64,000 nt of DNA from contig OZ253462.1 of NCBI GenBank assembly GCA_965261395.1, forward strand, positions 3,104,001 through 3,168,000, read 5' to 3'. Positions 38,924-47,466 of this stretch are shown in pieces. The notes under the pieces were generated by a model. That model saw nothing but the letters and a program-made list of their open reading frames with translations. It ran no database searches and had not been told where the DNA came from. The stretch's first letter is position 1. Every line of letters starts with the position of its first letter. The translations under genes and the position numbers were made by a program. Source of the stretch: Candidatus Latescibacterota bacterium. GTDB lineage: Bacteria; Latescibacterota; UBA2968; UBA8231.

Positions 38924-40574
38924 ACATGGTCGCCAAGTGCTCCTCATAGATGGAGACGTGTGCGACATACTTTTCCCGCAGGCGGTTAATCAGTTCGTTA
39001 TAGAGGCGATTTTCCTCTCCCTTGGTCCACCAGTGGCGAACTTGTTTGACCACCTCGTCGTATGGCTTAGGCTTTTCGGGGGTCTTTTCCAGGACCTCAA
39101 ACAGCGAGAAACCACCTTGGCGGTGTGTGGTCGCAGTGATGGCAACCGGACCAGTGAGCACGCTAACCTCTGCGGCTAGGGCCTCTGTCAACAACTCGCC
39201 GAAAACCACCCGCTCGAAGGAGTGGATGTGGAAGTGGCCTTTGTCGCTGCCTTGGCGGATGCTGTGACTTGCAGCCAAGGCAGCCATGTCCTCACCAGCT
39301 CGAATGCGTGCCGTTAGTGCCTCCGCCTCTTCTCGGGTAGCAACTAGAATCTCCTGCACAGTTGCTTCTCGATCCTCCATAAAACGATGCTGGTTGTCCT
39401 CGTAGTAGCGTCGAAGCGCATCTTCGCTCAGATCGATGTGCTCTTCCACGTCGCGGCGGCGCAGCTCTTCGATGAGCATCGCGCGTTTTTTGATCCGCAG
39501 CCAGTCGGATATCGCCGACTCCTGCGCTAAGCCGCGGCGTTCAATTGCCACGGGGAAGAGCACCTCGGGCACCAGATAGAGCCGAACGAACTCATCAATA
39601 CCGCTACTGTCGGTGCCGACTGAGGCGACCCGGCGCACCTGCGGGTAAAGCGCTAGGAAGTCAGCTAGCGTTATTTGACCACCGTCGTATCGGCCCAGAA
39701 TGCCCTCCGCGTCGATACCCTCCACATTGTCTTTGGCGACGATGGCGGCTAACTCGGAGATACTATGGGGATCCAATTCGACCTTGTATTCCCGCATCAA
39801 CTCGGCAATGAGTGCTCGCCGACGTTCGCCGTAGGCGACCATTAATGCCCCTTGGGAGAAGATCAAGTAATAACTGGCCGGCGCAGGACGTTCGTCCAAC
39901 ACCTTATATATGTCGTAGCCGGTTTCGACCTCTAGCGGCGCGCTAAGCTCGCCTTTAGCGAGATCGAAGAGCACCTCCGCCACATCGAGAGAAACCCCTA
40001 ACTCCTCGATATTGTTCCGTCCAAGGTAGGAGTCCAACACCCCTTGGGGACTCCCTTGCTGGCGGAGGGTCAGGAGTTGGCCGGACAGTTCCTCAAACGG
40101 GGTCCCACTCTTTAGGGCAAGCAGGGCTTGGGCGGCCTCGGCGGCGGTACCCGAGCGGATGCGAGCGAGTTTTAGTAACCGGTTCCACTTGCTCTCACCC
40201 CACTGCCGCCTTATCTCCTCTTGCGGCAGGTCGATTTTGTCCTGGATTTCCAGCTTGACGAATTCCTTAAAGAGCTTTTTTCTTCGCTCCTGTTCCCATT
40301 GCTCTACGAAATCTGGGTCGCCATCGATCTGCCTCCTCTGCGCCTCTAACAACATGAGCTCCATATCGACCATCGCTTGGAGATATTCGTCGAATGCAGC
40401 GATGCCTTCTCGCTCGGAGAGCAGGAGGGGGGGCATGTCGCTTTTGAAGCGCTGTAAATCTTCGAAGGTAATAGCGACTTCGCCTACGCGGGCTACGACG
40501 CTTTTGTCGCTTTGGGGGGAACTACAGGCGGCGATAAGGACCAGAGACAAACAACCGATCGCACGCGCCGCCAT
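38904..40574 (-). CDS. PpiC/SurA-like peptidyl-prolyl isomerase lipoprotein (two rotamase-like regions)
   Basis: Lipobox LIAAC, VARVG..IT, YYEDNQHRF, EILVATREEA, LAASHS. Confidence 0.75.
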   Translation of the reverse strand: MAARAIGCLSLVLIAACSSPQSDKSVVARVGEVAITFEDLQRFKSDMPPLLLSEREGIAAFDEYLQAMVDMELMLLEAQRRQIDGDPDFVEQWEQERRKKLFKEFVKLEIQDKIDLPQEEIRRQWGESKWNRLLKLARIRSGTAAEAAQALLALKSGTPFEELSGQLLTLRQQGSPQGVLDSYLGRNNIEELGVSLDVAEVLFDLAKGELSAPLEVETGYDIYKVLDERPAPASYYLIFSQGALMVAYGERRRALIAELMREYKVELDPHSISELAAIVAKDNVEGIDAEGILGRYDGGQITLADFLALYPQVRRVASVGTDSSGIDEFVRLYLVPEVLFPVAIERRGLAQESAISDWLRIKKRAMLIEELRRRDVEEHIDLSEDALRRYYEDNQHRFMEDREATVQEILVATREEAEALTARIRAGEDMAALAASHSIRQGSDKGHFHIHSFERVVFGELLTEALAAEVSVLTGPVAITATTHRQGGFSLFEVLEKTPEKPKPYDEVVKQVRHWWTKGEENRLYNELINRLREKYVAHVSIYEEHLATMYDAAHL

Positions 40575-40575
40575 T

Positions 40576-41331
40576 TTAGCTCTTGTCTTGGCGTGCGGTC
40601 CGGGCATAGTACACTTCACGCTGAAAATCATAGGGGATATCTACAGTCTCCATAGGCGCGTCGCGGAAGTCGAACCTCAGCACCATATCGCGGACCCACA
40701 GCGTGAATTCCTCGACGTCGCGGTCGAGCGGGGGAAAGACCAAATACCCCTCTTGCTCTTGACCGCTGAAGATCATGTCGTCGACAAACAGGGTGCGCTG
40801 CAAGAGATCGCGCCGCTCCTTGAACCCCTTGCGCGCATTGCCACCGTAGGCTTGGGCGTAGGGCCAATAGTACTCGGTCAGGGCGAGGAGGCTGAGCGCT
40901 TGGTAGCGACGTCCGTTGGGAGCGATCAATTCGATGTTGGCTGGATTTAGGCGGACCTTGGGATAGGCGTAGTTTTTAACCTTGACCAAAAATACGGTAA
41001 ACCGCGTCGGGGCTTGCTCTTCGCCGGGTGGGGTCCAATCGCCGTAGGTGTAGGGATTGGTAGCCACGGCGTAGGGGTTGGGCAGGGTAAAGCCTTCAGG
41101 GGCCTCAGAGACGCCAGCGAATTGCCGATTCAGGGCCTCGGGAGACATGGGCAACATCGCTACCTCTAGACGATCTTTGACAAAAGTGATGCTGCGGTCG
41201 TCGCCGACCAAGTAGTTGTCGGCAGCGATCTCCGCGGGCATCACCGGTCCGGTAAAATGCCGATACCCGAACTTCAAGCCGCATCCGGCGAGCGCGATTA
41301 GCAATAGGAGCAAGCTACCCAATGTCTTCAT
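40576..41331 (-). CDS. hypothetical lipoprotein
   Basis: Lipobox LAGC; NPYTYGDW, RFTVF..KVKNY.YPKV, GQEQEGYLVFP. Confidence 0.75.
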   Translation of the reverse strand: MKTLGSLLLLLIALAGCGLKFGYRHFTGPVMPAEIAADNYLVGDDRSITFVKDRLEVAMLPMSPEALNRQFAGVSEAPEGFTLPNPYAVATNPYTYGDWTPPGEEQAPTRFTVFLVKVKNYAYPKVRLNPANIELIAPNGRRYQALSLLALTEYYWPYAQAYGGNARKGFKERRDLLQRTLFVDDMIFSGQEQEGYLVFPPLDRDVEEFTLWVRDMVLRFDFRDAPMETVDIPYDFQREVYYARTARQDKS

Positions 41332-41369
41332 GGCTACCCTCGCTTCTTTGAAAGCTACTAATACAAGAT

Positions 41370-41393
41370 GAGGAGGGGCGGTTGCCCCTCCTC
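41370..41393 (-). terminator. GC-rich hairpin downstream of 41428-42354
   Basis: Perfect 10-bp stem GAGGAGGGGC-GGTT-GCCCCTCCTC; weak U-tail on the minus strand. Confidence 0.6.
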
Positions 41394-41427
41394 TCTTTGC
41401 TAGACGACTGATGCAATGCAGCCTTGC

Positions 41428-42354
41428 TTAGTCGAGCTGGCTGTTCAAATGGCTCTTGACTCGACCCCAACTTGTGGCTTCGATGGCCGTATCTTCCTCG
41501 ACTTCGTCGGCCTCCAGCAGGATATAGTCGAGCATCTGGTCGCCCTTCTGGTCCTGGCCCGTGGAGCCGCCCAGCGGATAGAGCTGGTGCTTGGCACCGG
41601 TCTCGCCGCCGTCGCCATCGAGCGGACGCACGCCGATGTGGGTCACCTGGTCAGCTTCGAACATGTGCCGAATCGCCTCGTCTTGGGTCACACCGTGGAT
41701 GTCCCAAAAGGCGTTGCGGAACTCGAAGGTGTAAGAGACGTTGGTCGAGAAATGCTCGGCATCCGGCGGATTGACGGTCCAAGCGATCTCGAAGATGTCG
41801 CCAGTCGGCTGTTCCTCAAACATATCGGAACTCCAGCCAATCGGCGGCAGGTCGATGTATTCGAGTAGGCTGTTGTACGCCACAGGCTGGCCCGGCAGCG
41901 GCTTGATGCGGAGGTGATAGCGCTGCGCGTTGAGGACCTGATCGACGTTTTCGCCCAAAAAGTCGCCGCCCGAGTGATCCGGGTCGAAGGTGATCTGGAT
42001 GCAGTCGTCGTTCCACCAGCGCTTCTGGTCTTCCTCGATCAGACGCAGGGTGTCGTCTTGAACGCGGATGAAGAAGTAGAAGCGATTGTCCGGCGGCGTG
42101 CTCCACGCCATCAGAATGCTGACGTCGTAGTCTTCCTTGGCGATGGTCTCGCCTCCGGCGGTGAACATGCCCTCAGTCGTGAGGATGAACTCCTCGTCCA
42201 GCCAGCCCCAATCGTCTTCGAGGCCGTCGATGGTCATGGCGCTGGGATTGGGCACGCCGGGGATGAAATACTCAGCGCCGACGTGCGCGTTGGCTGGGCT
42301 AGCTAAGGCAAACGCTACGGCGCAAACTACAAAAAGAAAAAGGGTCTTTTTCAT
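41428..42354 (-). CDS. secreted acidic protein, CBM9/DOMON-like sugar-binding domain, C-terminal TAIEATSWGRVK tail
   Basis: Signal peptide ending ANA; TIDGLEDDW, AW...FYF..VQDD, WWNDDCIQITFDPDHSGG. Confidence 0.65.
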   Translation of the reverse strand: MKKTLFLFVVCAVAFALASPANAHVGAEYFIPGVPNPSAMTIDGLEDDWGWLDEEFILTTEGMFTAGGETIAKEDYDVSILMAWSTPPDNRFYFFIRVQDDTLRLIEEDQKRWWNDDCIQITFDPDHSGGDFLGENVDQVLNAQRYHLRIKPLPGQPVAYNSLLEYIDLPPIGWSSDMFEEQPTGDIFEIAWTVNPPDAEHFSTNVSYTFEFRNAFWDIHGVTQDEAIRHMFEADQVTHIGVRPLDGDGGETGAKHQLYPLGGSTGQDQKGDQMLDYILLEADEVEEDTAIEATSWGRVKSHLNSQLD

Positions 42355-42413
42355 GCTTTCCCTCCGTGGGATTGGTGGTATAGCTACCGACGATTCATCT
42401 TCTATGACGCACT

Positions 42414-42442
42414 ATATTACATTTTTTAGGGGTGCTTAGCAA
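42414..42442 (-). promoter_or_regulatory. sigma70-like promoter for 41428-42354
   Basis: Minus strand TTGCTA-17 nt-TAATAT; GGAGG SD before the ATG. Confidence 0.55.
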
Positions 42443-42464
42443 GTTCAATTTTCGCCGTTCCCGC

Positions 42465-45101
42465 TTACTCCTGACCGGTGCTGGCGAAGACGCGAATGAA
42501 CCCAAGCGAGGTGTTGAGCTTCTCGGCCTCGAAGTTTTGCTCCTCTAGCTGAAGGCCCGCATTTAGGGTTAGCTGGTAGCCCAAATAGGCCGCCGTATTG
42601 GAGAACAGGATCGAATAGACGCGGCTGGTAAAGTCCTCGACAAAACCGACTTGTAGCTCGGCTGGCTGGTCGCGCAAGTTCTCAAACCAACTGAACTCTA
42701 GGCCGAGCGCGATCCAAGTCTGTTCGAGGATCGCATAGCGCGAAATCAAGAACAGAGTTTCCTCTAGCTCGCGGATATTAGCCTGCGACGGATCGGTGGG
42801 AACTTCGCGCCTGAAGGTGCTCTTCCACTTGGGCCAGATGGTCAGGGCCGCCCCGATGGGAACGGTGTAGTCGGCTTTGGTTATTAGCCCGAAAAACGAG
42901 CGGTCGCGCTTGTCGGCGGCCTGCTCTCCCCGCTGGTTGAAAAGCTCGTGTTTGACCTTGGCGGTCGCCCTGAAGTTGCGGATGCGATTGTAGTCGGCCT
43001 GCATATAGACGCTGTTGACGAAAGTGTCTTGGTTGTCGAGCGGATCGGTAAAGTCCGTCCGGCCCGTTGGGTCAATCCACCGCAGGCGGTCTTCCGGGAT
43101 GTTGTCCACCACGAATTTCGCGTGCTCAAAGAGCGCGACCCGCAGGCCCGGGAAGTTCCAGCGCACAGTGAACAAACCGTAGTTGGCCTTGCTCTTGCGC
43201 GCCGAGCTTAGCTGGCGCTCGCTCAAGCGGCCCAGGGTTAGCTGTGCATCTTCGCTGAGCATAAAGCCGCCGTAGGCGTTGTAGCCACGGTGATCGCGGT
43301 CGTAGGGATAGTCGGGTTGGCGGTCGTCCTCAAAGCGGTCGATCAGGGTGTTGTTGTTCATGTCCATGCCGAAGAGAAAGGCCGGAGGATCGACCTCGTA
43401 GCGCAGGAAAGGCTCGTCGTAGTCGGGTCGCGAGTTGCGGTTTTGGTTGAAGTCGGAGACGAAGTCGTTGTTCTCATCTAACCCGGGGAACACCGCTAAG
43501 TCGGCACCCACCGACCCGCCCGAAGCGCCTATCCCGGTGCCAAATTGGCCGGCCCGCTGCCAGTCGGCAAAGCGGTCTTGATCGTCGTTGTCATCGACGA
43601 ATTCGAAGAGATGGAAAATTTCGCTGCTGTAATCGATGCCGCCCAGCGAGTTGGCCATGAACGCGGTCGTGCTGTAATCGGGGTCCATTGTGAACATCTC
43701 GCCGTAGGCAAACCACGGGTAGGAGGCATAAGACGCGGTGATATAACCGGCCTCACCCTTATCTTCGGCGAGGGTGTGTTGCTCTAGGTTTTGGTTGGGG
43801 AAGCGCCGGAAGCGCCGGTTGCGCACGAACTCGGCGCGCAGGTCTAACCCGCCGAGGCTCAGAATCTCGAAATCTACCCCGGTCACATCGCTGCCGGTGG
43901 GCAACCCGTACTCAAAGCGCAAAAACTGTTGGTTCGATCCGTCGGATATTTCGCCTTCGGCTTGCGCCACAGGCAAAAAGACCGGGTCGCCCAAGCGGTC
44001 GGTCTGCACGTTGGACGTGACGGCCACTCGGTAGTCGTTGGCCAGAATCAACTCGAACTCGATTTTGCTCGCTTCTTGATAGGTCGGGACCTTTTCGGTG
44101 GGCCGGAAGCTGTTGCGGATGTCGTAGATCAGTTCGATGTTGTCCACGCCTCTGGCCTCTAAGCTGCCGCCGGTGCGGATTCCGCCGCGAACGATCGGGG
44201 TGATTTCCGGGTGAATCTCGCCGTCGATCAGCACTCGGTCGAAAAACAGCAGCGCGCCGTCGTCGCTCGACTCGGGCGAATCGTCTGAGATCAGGATCGT
44301 CACGGTCTCGACACTGCCTGTATTCTGCGGCGTGGTCAAGACGCCCTTGAGCGAATTGTCGCCCATGTTGAGGGTGCTCCGCGCGTTGTGGGTGCTGACC
44401 CACGTTGCCCCCACCTTGGCGAAGTCGCCCACTTGGGCCACGCCCCGGCCGCCGAGCAGGCGGGTGGAGTTTTCCACCAAGGCTGCGGCCTGGGACTGGG
44501 TTCCGGCCGGGTTAGCCGGCGAACTGATGCGCGAGCCAAGGAACGTGAATGCGTACTTATCGGAGAGGAAGTCCCACTGGATACCGTTGAAGGTCGGCTT
44601 GGAGAAGGTCAGTGGGGTCAGGGTGGTGCGGATGGCGTCGCCTATGGTCAGCGCGGTGTGAAACTGGCCCTTGTGGGCAGACGAGATCACCACGCGGTCG
44701 AACCAACTGCTGTAGCGCGGGCTTTTGAAGATGCCGCTGCCCTGGCGCAGGGGGTTGTTCTCGGTCCAGTCGTAAATCGTCCAGCCGCGGGCGATGTAGT
44801 TGCCGAAGGCATCGTAGTGGCGATTCCCCTCTAGCTGTATATCGACGTAGCGCTCGTACTCGTCGCGGGCGTAGTTGCTGTATTCCCAGCCCCGCCAGCC
44901 GTATTCGTAGAAGAGGTTTTGTGGCAGGTAGAACTTGCGGCGGTTGGGCGCTAGGGCACCGGGATGGATTCGCACCCCGTAGATTCCTGGCTCGGCTATG
45001 GGCCGATAGCCCGTAGTTAACTGGGCTGAAGCACCGTCCCAGGCTAGCACCAGCAACGCGAGTGCTGCACACAATGCCGATCGGATGCGAGACAAATACA
45101 T
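42465..45101 (-). CDS. large secreted protein, putative outer-membrane beta-barrel with Asp/Asn-rich loops
   Basis: Signal peptide ending ASA; alternating amphipathic strands in the C-terminal third; DDNDDQDR, DENNDFVSD, DMNNNTLID loops; GAGGG SD before the ATG at 45101. Confidence 0.55.
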   Translation of the reverse strand: MYLSRIRSALCAALALLVLAWDGASAQLTTGYRPIAEPGIYGVRIHPGALAPNRRKFYLPQNLFYEYGWRGWEYSNYARDEYERYVDIQLEGNRHYDAFGNYIARGWTIYDWTENNPLRQGSGIFKSPRYSSWFDRVVISSAHKGQFHTALTIGDAIRTTLTPLTFSKPTFNGIQWDFLSDKYAFTFLGSRISSPANPAGTQSQAAALVENSTRLLGGRGVAQVGDFAKVGATWVSTHNARSTLNMGDNSLKGVLTTPQNTGSVETVTILISDDSPESSDDGALLFFDRVLIDGEIHPEITPIVRGGIRTGGSLEARGVDNIELIYDIRNSFRPTEKVPTYQEASKIEFELILANDYRVAVTSNVQTDRLGDPVFLPVAQAEGEISDGSNQQFLRFEYGLPTGSDVTGVDFEILSLGGLDLRAEFVRNRRFRRFPNQNLEQHTLAEDKGEAGYITASYASYPWFAYGEMFTMDPDYSTTAFMANSLGGIDYSSEIFHLFEFVDDNDDQDRFADWQRAGQFGTGIGASGGSVGADLAVFPGLDENNDFVSDFNQNRNSRPDYDEPFLRYEVDPPAFLFGMDMNNNTLIDRFEDDRQPDYPYDRDHRGYNAYGGFMLSEDAQLTLGRLSERQLSSARKSKANYGLFTVRWNFPGLRVALFEHAKFVVDNIPEDRLRWIDPTGRTDFTDPLDNQDTFVNSVYMQADYNRIRNFRATAKVKHELFNQRGEQAADKRDRSFFGLITKADYTVPIGAALTIWPKWKSTFRREVPTDPSQANIRELEETLFLISRYAILEQTWIALGLEFSWFENLRDQPAELQVGFVEDFTSRVYSILFSNTAAYLGYQLTLNAGLQLEEQNFEAEKLNTSLGFIRVFASTGQE

Positions 45102-45155
45102 AGGATACCCCTCCCTCAAGAGGCTTGACCGAATGGGCTAGGAGCTAGCTGTTAG

Positions 45156-47450
45156 TTAGTACGCTACGTTGATGATCTGCGCCAAGTTTTGGACTTCGGC
45201 TTGGGCGTCGATTTGAATTCGGCACACGTAAATCCCCGGGGGCACGCGCCGGCCTTGGTCGTCTTCGCCATTCCACTCATAGACGAGGTAGCCGTCGCTA
45301 CTGCGGCCGCCCGCCAACGAGCCGACCTGCCGCCCGTCGAGCGCATAGATATCGACCGCTACCGGGGCGTCTGTCTTTAATACCGCGAAGCGAATCTCGG
45401 CTTGGTCGCCGATCCCATCGCCGTTGGGCGTGAGGACCTTGGGCGAAATGACGACTTTGCCGAGCAGGTCCTCGGACGCGGGCACCTCGGGTAGAAATAC
45501 CGTGGTGGCGGCCCGGCCGGCCGGATCGACCTGCTGCCAAAACTCCATTTCGTCAGTGTGCCCGACGAAGGCAGAAAAGAGATAGGGATTGGCGAATACG
45601 TTGACTTGCAGATCGATTTCGACCTCTTGCCGCCGGACGACTTGCGGCAACTCCACTACCAGCGAGTCGGGCAACAGCTCTAAGGAGACTGGCTCGACCT
45701 CGGCACCGGCGACGCGGATGACCACGCTTTCAGCGGTTGCTTGCGACGGAGTGTTTAGCCTTAGGCGGTTAAAGCCCTTGTCGCCAGACTGGAAGTCCGG
45801 CTGCAACACGTACGTAAAGTTTTCCGGCTGGCCCACTTGTGCCTCGTTGGGGGAGACTTGGCCAAGGGCCCCGTTGAGGAACGAGTCCGTGTAGTTGAGC
45901 CGCAGGCCGTTTAGGGTGGGGGCCACATCTGGGCTGTCCGATTTGAGCAGCACCCTGAACTGCACGTAGCGCCTCGGGCTGGGCGAGAGAAACTCTTGGC
46001 CGGAAAGCAGGTAGGTGTTGCTCCAGCCGCTCCAATCCTCGCTCGGCCGAATGTAGGGCACGATGTCGCCCTTCCACCTTTTCTTTAGGGCGTTGTATTC
46101 GTCCTCGGTTACTTCGTGGCCTTTGCGGTGGTAGTACGTATTGCCCTCGTCGAGGCCGCTACCCGAGCGCGTCTGTGCCAAAATTTGCGTTCCCGGGGGC
46201 AGGTCGGCGTCCCATTCGAGGGTGCGGAAAACCTTGGGGCGGTCGTCTATCCTGAGAAAATCCGAGCGCAATTCCACTTCGGCGACATAGCCGGTGGGTA
46301 CGACTACGGCTTCGGCTATCGCGCCGCTGCTGCTGCCCCCGAAGATCATTTCGAGATGGCGCAGGGGCCGGTACGGGTACATGAGATAGTTGATCGGCTC
46401 GGGGTTGTTCCAATCGCCTGGCGCGGGGAAGTCGAAGAGTACGTCGAAGTCGATGTCGCCCGAGGGCTTGAGCTCGCCGGCTGACCCCAGCAGCCGGTGG
46501 CGCAAGATGCGCGGCCGACCCCAGGTGGTGGTCTCCTGAAACGCTACGAAGATGACGCGGTTGATCCAAAAGACAGCGCCTAGATCCCAGCGCCACTGGG
46601 CGATGAACTGGCCGGTCTCGCTCCAGTTGAGCTCTTCCCAGAAGGTATTGACATTGCCGTCGATTATCGCTGGGGCGCGCTCCTTGCCCTGATCGTCGAT
46701 TATCCCGCCCCGCCCCACGGTCCCTTGGGCGATGTTCTGTCCAAACGAGATGACCTCGACCTCTGCGAGAGCCGCGTCCTCGCTTTTGACGTCGGCTATG
46801 ATGCGGATGTATTGGGTGGGAGCGAAGGACGTGGAGACGTCGGTGTCCTCAGCAGGTCGGCCAAAGCTCAGCACCCGTTTGGTTGCCTCACCAAAGGTCA
46901 CTGGATACGACAAGAGGGTCTCTTCGTTGCGCTTGGTCGTACCGCCGATGAGGTTGAAGAGGAAGACGTCGTCGGTGATTGATTGGAACTTGCCGTCGGA
47001 GCCAAAGACCCGGAGTGCCCGCAGCGGGCGCGCCCCTTCCTCATCGGGGAAGTGCAGGCGAACCTCCTTGACGGCCACCATCCGGCCCAAGTTGATCTCG
47101 ATCCACCAAGCATCGAGCGGGTCGTCTTGGCTGGGTTTCCAGTAGGTGGTGGTGTCGTCGTCGATGATCAGGTGGGCGTCGGCCGCATTGGACCCGGTCT
47201 TCCAGACCCCGCCGCGCTGCTCGTCGATTTTTTTTAGCTTGTGCGTGAACAGAGGGGAACTCGGCGCGGCGTTGAAGGACTGCTCGAACCGAACCGGCTT
47301 GATCGACCCGTCTGCTCGCAGGTCGAGGGTGCCAGCCGGGTAGATCCACGTCTCCCACTGCGCCTTAGTGTTTATTTCAAAAACCTCTTGAGAATGGGCA
47401 AAACTCGCTGGCAAAACCAGCGTCAGCAAACTAAGCCATAGTCGTTTCAC
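45156..47450 (-). CDS. secreted protein with discoidin-like and C-terminal FlgD-Ig (TPNGDG) domains, paralogue 3
   Basis: Signal peptide; IEINLG, LAEVEV, WSGWS, SPSPRRYVQ, LTPNGDGIGD, WNGEDDQG..VPPGIY; ends INVAY. Confidence 0.75.
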   Translation of the reverse strand: MKRLWLSLLTLVLPASFAHSQEVFEINTKAQWETWIYPAGTLDLRADGSIKPVRFEQSFNAAPSSPLFTHKLKKIDEQRGGVWKTGSNAADAHLIIDDDTTTYWKPSQDDPLDAWWIEINLGRMVAVKEVRLHFPDEEGARPLRALRVFGSDGKFQSITDDVFLFNLIGGTTKRNEETLLSYPVTFGEATKRVLSFGRPAEDTDVSTSFAPTQYIRIIADVKSEDAALAEVEVISFGQNIAQGTVGRGGIIDDQGKERAPAIIDGNVNTFWEELNWSETGQFIAQWRWDLGAVFWINRVIFVAFQETTTWGRPRILRHRLLGSAGELKPSGDIDFDVLFDFPAPGDWNNPEPINYLMYPYRPLRHLEMIFGGSSSGAIAEAVVVPTGYVAEVELRSDFLRIDDRPKVFRTLEWDADLPPGTQILAQTRSGSGLDEGNTYYHRKGHEVTEDEYNALKKRWKGDIVPYIRPSEDWSGWSNTYLLSGQEFLSPSPRRYVQFRVLLKSDSPDVAPTLNGLRLNYTDSFLNGALGQVSPNEAQVGQPENFTYVLQPDFQSGDKGFNRLRLNTPSQATAESVVIRVAGAEVEPVSLELLPDSLVVELPQVVRRQEVEIDLQVNVFANPYLFSAFVGHTDEMEFWQQVDPAGRAATTVFLPEVPASEDLLGKVVISPKVLTPNGDGIGDQAEIRFAVLKTDAPVAVDIYALDGRQVGSLAGGRSSDGYLVYEWNGEDDQGRRVPPGIYVCRIQIDAQAEVQNLAQIINVAY

Positions 47451-47466
47451 GGCTACCGCTCCTTTC

